The position numbers and the translations under genes were made by a program. Below the pieces are notes generated by a model, which was not told the DNA's origin, did no database searches, and saw only the letters and a list, made by a program, of their open reading frames with translations. A stretch of DNA of 64,000 nt from a virus. Lineage: Duplodnaviria > Caudoviricetes. Positions 21,024 to 32,518 of the stretch are shown here, piece by piece (position 1 is the stretch's first letter; every line of letters begins with the position of its first letter). The stretch covers positions 52,382 through 116,381 of the IMG/VR virus record IMGVR_UViG_3300021255_003058, one strand, 5' to 3'.

Positions 21024-21975
21024 ATATATAAAAGATCAACAATTTGATGATATTGACAAACTGATCATATCAGAATGCAATATTGAAACATATAAAAATT
21101 CACCAGTATTAAAATATGGTATTCTTGAAAGTTTAGGTATATTTAAAGGATGCAAAGAAATCACTGAATATATATTTAATGAGTTAAAAAAACATATTGG
21201 TGATTCAGAGATAGCAATAGATATTACAGGAATTAAGGCTGATAATAAATTTTTTAATTCATGTTTTTTACATATTAAATATGGCGATGAATATGAAGAT
21301 GGTGAAGCTGGATATTATTCATCTGATGGTCATGATGATTATAATGAAATAAGATATGATATTGAAACAGAAAAATTCAAATTCATTGAAATTGAATTAA
21401 AGATTGCTAAAGATTATATTGATAATATATATTCTTTAATTATGCATGAGTTAATACATGCTTATGATGACTATATTAATATTAAGAAATCAGGATTTAA
21501 TGCTTCTCTATATCAACGTAACAAAAGAAATAAATATCAATTAGTTAGGGTGAAGGGGGATGATGATGACCTTATTACTCAAGTTTTCAAAGAATTTATG
21601 TATTTATTAGATAAGTCCGAACAAACAGCTTATATTGGACAATTGAATACAGAAATAAAAGGAACTTATTCTAATATTAAAGATGTTATTAATGATTTAA
21701 AAAATACAAATATATTTTTCAATTATAAGCAAATAAAGTTGAATTTTAATGCTATAACTAAAAATAAAAAGTATTTAAGTAAATTTTGTGACATCTATCG
21801 TCAAACATACAATAATAAAAAATCTAATGAATCAATTATCAAAGAATTGAATAACAAATATAATAAATGTTGGAAAAAATTTATAAATCATTTATATCAT
21901 ATTGCAGAGGATCATTTAATTAAAGAAAATTATAATCATATTGATTCTAATAAAAAAATAATTACAATTAAATAA
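21004..21975 (+). CDS. HEXXH putative zinc metallopeptidase (paralog of 56735-57946)
   Basis: IMHELIHAY plus downstream SEQTAY. Confidence 0.55.
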   Translation: MIKKLTEYIKDQQFDDIDKLIISECNIETYKNSPVLKYGILESLGIFKGCKEITEYIFNELKKHIGDSEIAIDITGIKADNKFFNSCFLHIKYGDEYEDGEAGYYSSDGHDDYNEIRYDIETEKFKFIEIELKIAKDYIDNIYSLIMHELIHAYDDYINIKKSGFNASLYQRNKRNKYQLVRVKGDDDDLITQVFKEFMYLLDKSEQTAYIGQLNTEIKGTYSNIKDVINDLKNTNIFFNYKQIKLNFNAITKNKKYLSKFCDIYRQTYNNKKSNESIIKELNNKYNKCWKKFINHLYHIAEDHLIKENYNHIDSNKKIITIK

Positions 21976-22170
21976 TATTAAAATAAAGATAATAAAATAG
22001 ATTATGATAAATGTATATCTTGACCCATTAATAGAAGAAAAAATTCGTCAAAGAATTGGTGATAAACAAATATTTGAAATTAATGTAAATATTTACGGAA
22101 TTATTGCTCTTTACAATAAAGACGGACATAGTAATTTTCAAGAGATAGAAATATATTGGGATGAAATGAG

Positions 22171-22941
22171 ATGAAATTATATACTGAAAAAGAAGTTAAA
22201 AAATTACTTATAGAAAAATATAAAAATAAAGATTTTAAATTTGATAAAAAATCAAATCAAAAATTTATAGAATTAATAAATGTTAATTTTGAATCTATAA
22301 TTGGATATATTGTTTATCATGATCATGATGTTACTAATGAACAATGGTATATTGATAATTATGAACCTTTATTAGGAGATCAAATAGATAATGTTGTTGA
22401 AGCAATAAAGAATGATCCAGATACAAGACAAGCATATATAGGAATGCTTAATCCTGAAAAATATCAGAATGGAGATAAAATTTGCACAATAGGAATGCAA
22501 GTTATTTATCGGAAGAATCAAAAAAGAGTTGATTATATTGTATTTATGAGATCTAATAATGTATGTGAATATACACAGGATTCTTTATGGCAATGTAAAA
22601 TATTTGCAAAAATTGTAAATAGATTAATTTCTGAAGTTGATAAAGATATTTTACCCGGTCATTTATATTGGAATGCTGGATCATTACATATTTATGAAGA
22701 AGATTTTAAATATTTATCTGATAAAACACTAATAGCGCAAGAAATTAAAAAACATATTAGATTATCTGATAAGTTATTAAAAAATATTTATGATGTCAAA
22801 AAGAAAAGATTATTAGTATCAGATAAATATAAAGAAATAAAATCAGTATATGATAAACTAATTAATGAAAAGCATTTTGACAAAGAAACACATAATAAAT
22901 ATTTTAAAAATATAGAAAAACTAAAAAATGATAACAGATAA
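22171..22941 (+). CDS. Thymidylate-synthase-fold enzyme, dCMP hydroxymethylase (T4 gp42)-like
   Basis: DPDTRQA, catalytic ICT, MRSNN...QDSLWQ, WNAGSLHIY. Confidence 0.7.
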   Translation: MKLYTEKEVKKLLIEKYKNKDFKFDKKSNQKFIELINVNFESIIGYIVYHDHDVTNEQWYIDNYEPLLGDQIDNVVEAIKNDPDTRQAYIGMLNPEKYQNGDKICTIGMQVIYRKNQKRVDYIVFMRSNNVCEYTQDSLWQCKIFAKIVNRLISEVDKDILPGHLYWNAGSLHIYEEDFKYLSDKTLIAQEIKKHIRLSDKLLKNIYDVKKKRLLVSDKYKEIKSVYDKLINEKHFDKETHNKYFKNIEKLKNDNR

Positions 22942-23148
22942 AGAATTACATAATAAAATGAGTATATTAGCTATTCAATATGATAAAGGATCAATTAATA
23001 TAAAAGAATTAATCGCTAATGCAGTAACATTAGGTATGATGTATCAAGAAGAAAAAATAAAAGAAGGTATAAATATCGTTTTTAAAGAGTTACATCATAA
23101 AGAATAATATGAAAATAAAAAATCAAAATATATAGCAAGAATATAAGT

Positions 23149-23331
23149 ATGGAAGAAAAATTTGATTGTATTGTAGATAATGGTAATATTATTGATACGG
23201 CTGGAAATACAGGTTGGGTTTGTCCTAAATGTGGAGTTGTAGTTGCACCTTCTGTTTTAGTTTGCCCAGTGTGTGGTGGTAAACGAACAAATGAAAATTT
23301 TGCACCTGGAGAATCTATGATTTGTGGATAA
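23149..23331 (+). CDS. Small zinc-ribbon protein
   Basis: GWVCPKCG...CPVC. Confidence 0.65.
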   Translation: MEEKFDCIVDNGNIIDTAGNTGWVCPKCGVVVAPSVLVCPVCGGKRTNENFAPGESMICG

Positions 23332-23400
23332 TGAATGAAACACAAGTTACAAGAATCAATCTAGGAAATTATGTATATGAAATATATTACAAAATAAATA

Positions 23401-23847
23401 ATGAGAATATTTTTAGGAGGTACATGTGCAGATACAACATGGAGAGAAGAATTTATAAAAGAAATCGAAGGATCCAAAATTGAATATTTTAATCCTGTAG
23501 TAAAAGATTGGACGCCAGAATGCCAAGCAATTGAAGAAGATGAAAAGAATAACAAATGTGATACACATTTATATGTTATAACAAAAGAAATGATGGGAAC
23601 ATATTCAATTGCAGAAATAATTAATTCAGCATGGCAAACAATTGTATATGGAACAAAAGTTAATTACGTAATATTTGCTGTACTTGATGAAGGAACATGG
23701 CAAGAACATGAAATTAAATCGTTTAATGCTGTCATGACAATGGTTAAACATATTGCTCCATATAATTCACTTGTATTATATGTAAAAAATATGAAAGAAC
23801 TTACTGCTTATATTATGGCAAGCAGTTCTATATGGAACAAAAGTTAA
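23401..23847 (+). CDS. Nucleoside 2-deoxyribosyltransferase-like protein
   Basis: IFLGGTC..TTWRE, YFNPVV.DW, YSIAE. Confidence 0.75.
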   Translation: MRIFLGGTCADTTWREEFIKEIEGSKIEYFNPVVKDWTPECQAIEEDEKNNKCDTHLYVITKEMMGTYSIAEIINSAWQTIVYGTKVNYVIFAVLDEGTWQEHEIKSFNAVMTMVKHIAPYNSLVLYVKNMKELTAYIMASSSIWNKS

Positions 23848-23998
23848 TTACGTAATATTTGCTGTACTTGATGAAGGAACATGGCAAGAACATGAAATTA
23901 AATCGTTTAATGCTGTCATGGTAATTGTTAAACATATTGCTACCTACAATTCACTTGTATTATATGTAAAAACATGAAAGAATTTACTGTTTATATTA
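23645..23998 (+). repeat. Tandem duplication of about 170 bp (23645-23815 and 23829-23998)
   Basis: First about 90 nt identical, remainder diverged with a 1-nt deletion. Confidence 0.92.
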
Positions 23999-24002
23999 AA
24001 AG

Positions 24003-24030
24003 ATAGGGAAATTAATTTCCCTATTTTTTT
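24003..24030 (+). terminator. Intrinsic terminator
   Basis: ATAGGGAAATT/AATTTCCCTAT plus T-run. Confidence 0.8.
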
Positions 24031-24093
24031 ATTTTTATTAAAATATATTTGAAATAAATTTATTTATTTCATTAAATGAACTATTTATAATTT

Positions 24094-24495
24094 ATGAAAT
24101 CTCTTACGCAATATATTTTAGAAGTTGAAGGTAATGAAGGTGACGAACAAACAACACAACGTGGTAAAATAAAATTTGTCATCTGGGAAGAACCAGATAA
24201 AAAAGTTTCTTGGCTAGATAATAATGAAAAGTATCAGAAAATAGAATATAAACATGAAGATCGTGATAAGAACATCTTTATAGATTTTTTATTAGGATAT
24301 GTTAAAGATGAAGATACGTGGAAACTCTTCGTTGGCAAAATTGGTGCTGTGAATTATGATGATGATCCTTATTGCGATTTTAAAACTAATAAATTTGCAG
24401 AAGCAATAGTTGCAGCATTAGATAAAGTTGAAGAATATATTAAAGATGTAGAAGATGATCCACAAAATTGGATTCAATATTATAAAGATATTTAA
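24094..24495 (+). CDS. Acidic hypothetical protein (possible internal head protein)
   Basis: 133 aa, N-terminus MKSLTQYILE. Confidence 0.65.
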   Translation: MKSLTQYILEVEGNEGDEQTTQRGKIKFVIWEEPDKKVSWLDNNEKYQKIEYKHEDRDKNIFIDFLLGYVKDEDTWKLFVGKIGAVNYDDDPYCDFKTNKFAEAIVAALDKVEEYIKDVEDDPQNWIQYYKDI

Positions 24496-24504
24496 TAATA
24501 AAGT

Positions 24505-24536
24505 AAAATGGATAGATTTGAATCTATCCATTTTTT
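24505..24536. terminator. Bidirectional intrinsic terminator
   Basis: AAAATGGATAGATT-tg-AATCTATCCATTTT between convergent genes. Confidence 0.8.
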
Positions 24537-24847
24537 GTATATCTTAAATCCGTTTCCATTTCACGTTCTTCATATGTATATTCATAAACCCATTTACCAA
24601 TAGAATATTCAAATGAATTATCATTTTCTGTAAATTGATATTCTTCATTATTTTTGAATTCTGGATATTGATCAAGATTATCATTAAAATCTTTTTTGCA
24701 TAATGATTTTAAGTTTTCAAAAAATTGCCTTGCGTTAGATTTTGCTAATGAATAATATATAGGATAAGGAAAATCATATCTTAGATCATCAAATTCATTA
24801 GCGCAATATTTTACAATATATATTTTCATAAATAATTTATTATAATT

Positions 24848-25408
24848 TCATAATTGACAAATTGATTCATAAATAGCTTTAATTACCTTTGCATCATATA
24901 ATGAATTATGTTTATCTCCTTTTATTGATATGTATCTATTTTCAAGTATTTTTTCTCTTGAAAAATCAAAAGCTTCAGCTTCAGTAAAATTATAATATCT
25001 TGCAATATCTTGGTTAATATCGTGACAAGCAGGATTTATATTTTTAGGTAAATCAAATGCGGTGCCAAATAAATCAATCAAAAGAACCATATCATAATGA
25101 CATACATCAGAAACTAATTCAATGTTATCATATTCTGAAAGCCATTCTTCTAGTTGGGTTTTAACAAATTCTTTATTACCACATATACCCCATTTATCAC
25201 AGACTTTCAATTCAGTAGTTTCATTTTTATCATTACCAAATTCTAAATGTTTAATTACATTTTCTTGGATCCAATTATTACATTGAGATTTATCATAATC
25301 TGTAAATTCTGCGTAAAAACATCTTTCATTTTCATCAATTAAACCAATTGAAATAAGAGTCGTATTTTTATGCAGACCTGTAAATTCAGTATCAAAAAAT
25401 ATCTTCAT
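24848..25408 (-). CDS. DEDDh 3'-5' exonuclease (DUF5051/RNase AS-like)
   Basis: FFDTEFTGL, LISIGL, YD, HNSLYDA. Confidence 0.85.
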   Translation of the reverse strand: MKIFFDTEFTGLHKNTTLISIGLIDENERCFYAEFTDYDKSQCNNWIQENVIKHLEFGNDKNETTELKVCDKWGICGNKEFVKTQLEEWLSEYDNIELVSDVCHYDMVLLIDLFGTAFDLPKNINPACHDINQDIARYYNFTEAEAFDFSREKILENRYISIKGDKHNSLYDAKVIKAIYESICQL

Positions 25409-25987
25409 AATTTAATATGTACTATTGGGTTAATAATATTCAATTTAGTATTATCTAAAAGTTCTTCTTTTATATATGGAACACCTGCAACAGTGTTAAT
25501 ATATGTATCAATTATATCTTCATGAATACGTCTTGCACCTCCAGGTTTACCTGATGCATAATAACGCTCATAAAATGCATTTGCATCATAAACAACATTC
25601 CAATATATACCATCAAGTGTATCTGAACTTAATATAACAATTGTTTGTGCAGGTGTTGTATAATTAGTTTTTAGGATCATTTTCTTTCTTTTATTTTTTC
25701 TTTTTTAACCAATAAGGACAATTGTTTGTTGGCTTCAATGTATTTATATACATTTCAAATGCTTCATCAATATTTTCACAATTATCCCATCTAACATATT
25801 TTAAACCATTAATAAATTCTCTTTTAATATATTTTTTTTGTTTATACCAAATATCAACTAATATATCAGTTTCTAAACCGTTATTCCCATATATATGAAA
25901 TTTATCTGGTTCTGAATAACCTGTGCCACAACTTCCTTTAGGAACAATATGTTCAATAAATTCAATCTTTGTTATTTTCATACATAT

Positions 25988-26175
25988 TTAAGTATTAACA
26001 TTTCCATCCTTATCAGCAAATTTACTTGCTTCATTTAATGCTTTTTATGACGAATCTTAACATCACCAGAAAGCTTATCATTATTTACTGCCTTCAAAAC
26101 ATCTGTATTACCACATGCGTTTACAACTACTGAAGCCATTTCAGCTTCAATTTCCATCATTCTATTTGCATCCAT
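25988..26175 (-). pseudogene. Small gene with apparent frameshift
   Basis: MDANRMMEIEAEMASVVV... stops near 26035 while another frame continues KALNEASKFADKDGNVNT*. Confidence 0.4.
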
Positions 26176-27177
26176 AATTTATTAATTTAATCTTCCCAAC
26201 ATCTAATTTCACCATCATCATCCCAATCTCCAACAGTAATATTGTGATCATCAAGCCATTGCTCCTTTTCCTTAGAAAGTTTATCAATATCTTCCCCATT
26301 AATAAATCTTACATCAAAAATATCTGGCTTCTCATGGTTATCATATGAAATAACTTCACCATCCATATTAAGAAAATATTTTTTATCAGGATTTTTTGTC
26401 AAAGCATCCTTAATAATTTCCTTTGTAAAATTCATACCAGGAAAATTATGCTGCATATTGATTGTATGTATTTCAATAGCTTCTTCAATAGTTATATCTC
26501 TATCAAAATAACCACCCGTAAATATTCCAGCAACACCACCACAAATACCCATGTGATGCACCTGACGATGACTTGTAATTATATACATATCACCATGCTT
26601 AAAATCCTTTCTAATAGTATTCATTTAAATAATTCTTCAAATTGTAATATTAATAATCTTTGAAATATTTATGAAATTCTTTCAATGATTCAAAAAAACC
26701 ATCTGCATATTTAGACATATGTCTACAAACCCATATATCACCTTGTTTATCTACATAGTAATAATATTCCTTACCAGGCTCAAATATAATACCATCTTCT
26801 TTATATTCTTTAATGCAATGACAAACTATCATATTACTTCTTCTTAGGTGTAATTTTAAATGTTCGATTTCCTTGAGTAATCTCTACATTAAGTAGATTA
26901 AACATCTCAATAGGGAATGTATATCTATAGATCACATAATGCTTGTCTTTGCGATACTTTCCACGTTTGAACACCTCAATATTGTAACCATATACATATT
27001 TAGCATCATGTCCAAAAGAATCTACATAAGCAGAACCGAATTGTGAAGAATAACAAAAGGTTCCACGAATAGACTCTCTAACTCTTGATTTAGCATTAAA
27101 TGTAGTTCCCCACCCAGTGATAATAGTTGGTTTGATTCCAAGTACAAATTTCATTTTTATATATTTTTAAGTTGTTA

Positions 27178-27657
27178 TTAATTATTCCAGTTTACTCCAA
27201 TTTTCTTCCAGTTAACATTCCAATGAGACACTGAATAAAGTCTTAAAAGCCCATATTCATTAAGAAACTCATCAATTGTATATTCACTGACCTTCTCAGG
27301 ATTCTTAGGACCATTAAGTCCGTTGTAGCAAATGATCTTACCATCAGAATATAATTCGCTAAAGTCAAACAGAAGACCACGAAAATCTGTTGGACAATAG
27401 AAAATAAAGGTGTCCCAATTATTCAGTAATGGGAAATAATGAGAATTTCCATTATATCCATATTCTTCAAGAATTTCTCCAAGACTGAAATAATCACTTC
27501 CCGTGTTCATACCATTGAAAATAAATTCACAACCCATAGCGTAATAATCTCCTGGTTTTGTAATTCCATTATTTTCAATGGTCTTCATCTGATAAATAAG
27601 TTTATCACAATCATTATTTGAAAAAAACTCGGTGCAAAATTCTGAGAAACTCTTCAT
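27178..27657 (-). CDS. Hypothetical protein
   Basis: 159-aa ORF, first gene after promoter cassette. Confidence 0.7.
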   Translation of the reverse strand: MKSFSEFCTEFFSNNDCDKLIYQMKTIENNGITKPGDYYAMGCEFIFNGMNTGSDYFSLGEILEEYGYNGNSHYFPLLNNWDTFIFYCPTDFRGLLFDFSELYSDGKIICYNGLNGPKNPEKVSEYTIDEFLNEYGLLRLYSVSHWNVNWKKIGVNWNN

Positions 27658-27683
27658 ATTCTATATTTATTGTTTGTTACATT

Positions 27684-27782
27684 ATAATGGAGTTTTTATA
27701 TTTAATTCATATGTTCATTAAAAACATGTTATATGTTAATTACCATACATAATAAATATAGTACATATAATAAAAAATTCAA
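27684..27782 (-). promoter_or_regulatory. Phage promoter plus long ATGTAT cassette (copy 4)
   Basis: TTGAAT-N15-CTATATT; ATGTATGG...ATAAAAACTCCATTAT. Confidence 0.65.
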
Positions 27783-28884
27783 ATATAATTCAAATTTCAT
27801 GTTATAAATGAAATAAAAATATTATATAAATAATTTCATTTATTTATAAATTATATTATTTATAAAATTTATAAAATTATAGTTTTATTGTTAATGTTAT
27901 GCATTCCCCAAATCTTGTAATTTCCTTTTCTTGTTTTATATTATATCCAATTGACTGTAATTGATTAATTACCCATATATCATCATCAGTTAATGTATTT
28001 ATTGTAGAAACAATTGTTGAATTATGATAATCACGAGCATTTAGTAAAATATCACGTATAATTTTAGAATTTGATTTTCCTAAAATATCAGTTAAAACTT
28101 TATTATTGTGTATTAACTGTTTCATTGTTTTAGCATCAAATTTTTCTAAAAATTCTTGTACTTTCTTATTAATCATAATTAATTATTTTTGAAGTTTTTA
28201 ATCTAATTGGACAAGTATTTTGAATTATTTTATAATCATACACTTCGATATAGTTTGATCCTTTGTATGATGTAACTCTTATTGGTTTTAAATTTAATTT
28301 TTTGAATCTTCTAACATCTCCATTACAATATATAAAATTGACAGTATCAGAATATTGTATTGTAGAATCTGGATATATAATTTCATACTCTACATATGCA
28401 GTTCCATTTTTTGCAATAATATCTGACGTTGCAAGACATATAATTCCAATTACAATACAAATAAAGCTAACACCAAAAAAATATTTCTTCATATTATTTC
28501 TTATTGATTAAAATATTGTACATTCTGTTTATGCTCTCTAATTGCCCTTGTGGAATTTCTTTATTTGCTTCAATTTGGTCGCCAATATCTTTCAAAAACC
28601 AAATAAGTTCATTTACTTTTTTTATGTTTCTCATATTAAATCATCTAAATAAGCCCATTCTACAATTTCATCAGAATCTACATTAGAATCAAATCTAAGA
28701 ATTTCTATATATTTATTTTCATATCTAACAACAATAATACTTCCTTCTTTTGGACATTGGAAATAGTCTCCAACATGCCAAAGGATTTTATATTTCTTTG
28801 TTTTTGGAGACATATTACTATATGATATTGCATTTCGATATTGATCATCGAATATAATAGATGTCTTAAAATCTTTTTTCATAA

Positions 28885-29319
28885 TTATTGTACTCCTCTT
28901 GCTGAAAGATAATATTTTGATTGCTCTAACAAATCAAGACTTTTTGTTTTTCTTACAGTGAATGATGCAAAATATGCATAATCTATTCCATTTACGTTTG
29001 CTGGTGTTGATGACCACAAGAATGCACCCATGACTCTTACATCTTTACTATTCTTTCCTTCTCCTGCTATTGGTAAATATATACTATTTCCATTTTTTCC
29101 TGTTATGATATATCCAGCTTTCTTTTTATCAAGCTTACAATCACAATTATCTTGAAGTTCTCTCCATTGATCATAAGTAGGAATCTTGATATCTTTTAAT
29201 TGGATAGCACTAATATAATTGAAATATTTACCATATTCTTCAGGAGAATTTGCACCGACATTACAATTTGCCCACTTGACAGACAGTCCTAAATCTACAT
29301 ATTTCATATTTATTCCCAA
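28885..29319 (-). CDS. Fib_succ_major/CLec-fold family protein (compact)
   Basis: YVDLGLSVKWANCNVGANSPEEYG.YF, PT..QW.EL, NGNSIYLP.AG, WSSTP. Confidence 0.75.
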   Translation of the reverse strand: MGINMKYVDLGLSVKWANCNVGANSPEEYGKYFNYISAIQLKDIKIPTYDQWRELQDNCDCKLDKKKAGYIITGKNGNSIYLPIAGEGKNSKDVRVMGAFLWSSTPANVNGIDYAYFASFTVRKTKSLDLLEQSKYYLSARGVQ

Positions 29320-29594
29320 GTTACTTTTTTATCTAAATATCCTTTTCCTTTACATAGTTTACATGTTTCATAATTCCAATAACCGCCCATAGGACCATCC
29401 CAGTGATCATATTCAGGAACATAATTAGTTTTCCATCTTCCTTTTCCATTACAATCCGGGCAAACCATGCGAGTTCCATCCAAAATCATTTCGTGATGTT
29501 TACATTCTTCTTCAGATGTAAATTCTTTTCCATCTTTAGCAACATAAACTTTATAAGTCTGCGTTATTTGTTTAGTTCTTATATCTGTTATCAT
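29310..29594 (-). CDS. Protein with DnaJ-type CxxCxGxG zinc finger
   Basis: CPDCNGKG and CKLCKGKG. Confidence 0.7.
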   Translation of the reverse strand: MITDIRTKQITQTYKVYVAKDGKEFTSEEECKHHEMILDGTRMVCPDCNGKGRWKTNYVPEYDHWDGPMGGYWNYETCKLCKGKGYLDKKVTWE

Positions 29595-30082
29595 AATTTA
29601 CCAAGGATTATAACATTTAAATTTATACCATGCTATCTTTTTAGGATAATATCCCCATTTCTTTTTATATTCTTCAAAAGATATATATTTACCATGTGGA
29701 ATAAAAAATCCTACTAAACTTTTATTATATTCAAATGCACTATGTTTTATATAGTACATATATTGACTTTCTAAATATCTATAAATAGGATCAATAATAG
29801 TAAAATATAATATAACCAATAATAATATTCCTCCTACTATTAAACAAAGATTTTTTAATATTGATAAAATCATATTAATTAAATTTTAATAAAATATTTT
29901 TGCCATTCTTTTCATGAAATGTTTCAGTATTATTATCATCATTTTTAACACAAAAAAACAATATCATTCATTCTATTATATCTTAACCAATAAATTTTAC
30001 ATATTGTAAATTTACTTCCTTCTCTTACTTTAAAACATTCTCCATGTACTGAAAAATAATTATTCTTCATCCATAATTATAA

Positions 30083-30451
30083 TTATTTCAATACTTTAAT
30101 ATATTCTTGCTCTATTAGCCAACACACCATTTCAAACGCCGCATCAGTAGGGTCACAAGCCTTATCTGTAAAATGATGAGTAGTTTCTAGTCTACACTCA
30201 ATTGTTCGTTTAAACATATTAAAATTTGGCATTAATTCCAAAAGTGCTGCGAGAGACCAACAAGGCAAATCACCATTGTTATATTCAGGTAAGTTTCTTA
30301 CTCCACCATCATTTTTTTGCACAGCTAAATGATATATATTTCCGGCTGGTGTTGGGTCTAAAAAATAATACATATCTGATGTGCTTGGATCCAATCCAAG
30401 ACTAAACAGTTTCTCTGACTGCTCTATTGAGGTACACATTTTGATGCTCAT
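30083..30451 (-). CDS. Hypothetical protein, PCWSLAALL family paralog 1
   Basis: TSIEQSEKL..DM; LPCWSLAALL; DAAFEM. Confidence 0.75.
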   Translation of the reverse strand: MSIKMCTSIEQSEKLFSLGLDPSTSDMYYFLDPTPAGNIYHLAVQKNDGGVRNLPEYNNGDLPCWSLAALLELMPNFNMFKRTIECRLETTHHFTDKACDPTDAAFEMVCWLIEQEYIKVLK

Positions 30452-30832
30452 AGTTCTATAACATTTACAACAGTATAATTTTCATAATGACTTTCAAAAT
30501 CAATTATAGCTTGCTTTTTAGAAGTACAATTAGAATAGTGATGCATAAACTTTTGTGTCGAGTTATTAAACGCAACTACAAGATAATTCATAATTCAAAG
30601 TTGCTTAAGTTGTTCTAATAATAAATATAATTGTTTAGCAGCTCCATCATAAAGATGTATTGTTGTGGATTCATATCCTTTAATAATATATTCAATAGCA
30701 GCAATTTGTTGAACACTCGGCTTCCACTGTAATTTCTTTCCAGAATCGAAAGCAAGCTCCAAATCACAAAGGTGAAATTCTAAATCACCTTTGTAATTAT
30801 TTTCTTTCAAAAAATTTTCAAACTCGTTCATA

Positions 30833-31930
30833 TCAATTATCTTTTGGTAATTTTTCAAATAATTCTTTGTAGTTAATATAATACCCTTTGTGACAAAAAT
30901 AGTCACCGTTAAAACCAGTAGTATTGTCATTTGACAAAATACTTTTCTTCCAATGAGGCAAATCACTAGGTTTCCACTGTTTTTGAGGTTTGAGGGATTT
31001 GAGCCAATTAACTTGTGTTTGAAATCCTTGTCTTGTTAGAATGTTAATAATTAATTGCTTTATATTTTCATCCTCTTCACTCCAAGTAGACTTCCGCTCA
31101 GTCTTCTTCAACTCTTTACTTTCAATATCCCACTTATACCCTACATCACGCATCTTTTGGAATAAAAGGTCACGCTGTTCTTTGGTAGCTGGAATTATTG
31201 CACTTCCTAACAAAGTAAACGCAGCATCATTTATTGTTAAATCTTGATGAATAGTTGAATATAATGTATAATAAGAGAAAGAGTTATCATCAATTTTTTC
31301 TTTATAGATAAAAATCCACTGACCGTCTCTATATGCAAGTACATCACCATCCTTTGCATCATTGATGGTCCATAAACGATAATCGTTGTCTACAAGTTCT
31401 GTGCAAAGTGTCCCAATGGTATCTACACCGTAGTCAAGCCTATAATTATTTTCTAATACCTCAATAACCCTTACTACATTACCGCATTCAATATTTATAA
31501 GCCAATCTCCTTCATGGAACTTTGGTTCAATCTTATTAGCAGGTTTCTGTTCACCTTGTTTTTTAGGCCAAACAATATAATCTCTAATAATATCCTCGTC
31601 TGAGCAATAATGATCTTTTCCAAATTGAGATTGTTTAACATCTTCTTTGCCTTGTAAGCCTTCTTCTGTAGTTAGAACTTTTTGTTTTTCAAGCCAAGCA
31701 ATCCATTTATCAACATCTGGTATACTTTCACTACAATATTTACCAAGATATTCTAGATGTTCAATAATTGATTTCCTTATCTTCTCATCCTCACTCTCTT
31801 TGAGTTCAGGGAAAATATCTTCAAACTCTTCAACATCAATAATACGACCTTGCTCTTTTGCTAAATCATATATCGGCCTAAACTTTTCAATAGCCTTATC
31901 ATAGGCTTTAGCCTTTTGTTCTTGCGTCAT
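30833..31930 (-). CDS. Hypothetical modular phage protein
   Basis: 365 aa; IFPELKESEDEKIRK, PKFHEGDW, WTINDAKDGDVL, PATKEQRDLLF modules. Confidence 0.75.
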   Translation of the reverse strand: MTQEQKAKAYDKAIEKFRPIYDLAKEQGRIIDVEEFEDIFPELKESEDEKIRKSIIEHLEYLGKYCSESIPDVDKWIAWLEKQKVLTTEEGLQGKEDVKQSQFGKDHYCSDEDIIRDYIVWPKKQGEQKPANKIEPKFHEGDWLINIECGNVVRVIEVLENNYRLDYGVDTIGTLCTELVDNDYRLWTINDAKDGDVLAYRDGQWIFIYKEKIDDNSFSYYTLYSTIHQDLTINDAAFTLLGSAIIPATKEQRDLLFQKMRDVGYKWDIESKELKKTERKSTWSEEDENIKQLIINILTRQGFQTQVNWLKSLKPQKQWKPSDLPHWKKSILSNDNTTGFNGDYFCHKGYYINYKELFEKLPKDN

Positions 31931-32149
31931 GTTACTTTATTTTTTAATTGTAAACTTATTATTTTATTAAAATTATGTTTTAATAACTTATATAATTCTA
32001 TTAGGGTAACTTCTTTTACCTCACTAAAATTAGCAACTCGTTCTTTACAAAATGGACAAAATATTCTTGAAGTATTGCAATCTATGATAGAACCAAATCC
32101 ACTACATTCGAGATATGTTATTTTAATTTTCATAAAAATTATATCATAA

Positions 32150-32518
32150 TTATAATACTTTAAGTTTATGTAATTTCAATATCATTTCATAGCAAGCATC
32201 AACAGGATTATCTGATTTAACAGATTTATATATAAGATATAAAGAAGGATTTGAATATTCAATAATATTCTTTTTGATATTTAACTTGAAAGCAATTCCT
32301 TCATTACTTGTTATAGTCTCAGGTAAAATACTAAGCAATGCAGCAAGACTCCAACATGGTATGTCAGCATTTTCAGCTTTAGTCCCAGCCCACATTTGAT
32401 TTCTCGCAGCATTTGGATTACTATTATAATAAAGTCCCATATCAGCACTTTCAATTGGTAAAAACTCTGCCAACTTCCTTGACTGTTCTATATCTGTGTA
32501 ACTTTTAATTGTTGTCAT
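32150..32518 (-). CDS. Hypothetical protein, PCWSLAALL family paralog 2
   Basis: TDIEQSRKLAEFLPIESADM; IPCWSLAALL; PVDACYEMI. Confidence 0.75.
   Translation of the reverse strand: MTTIKSYTDIEQSRKLAEFLPIESADMGLYYNSNPNAARNQMWAGTKAENADIPCWSLAALLSILPETITSNEGIAFKLNIKKNIIEYSNPSLYLIYKSVKSDNPVDACYEMILKLHKLKVL

Noticed and set aside
23645-23998. Second TR/VR pair
   Set aside because: Mismatches are not adenine-specific, there is no AAY enrichment, and the protein is not a CLec fold
28885-29319. Additional target of the local TR
   Set aside because: Same fold family but AT-rich 3' end with no nucleotide match to TR and no shared N-terminal module
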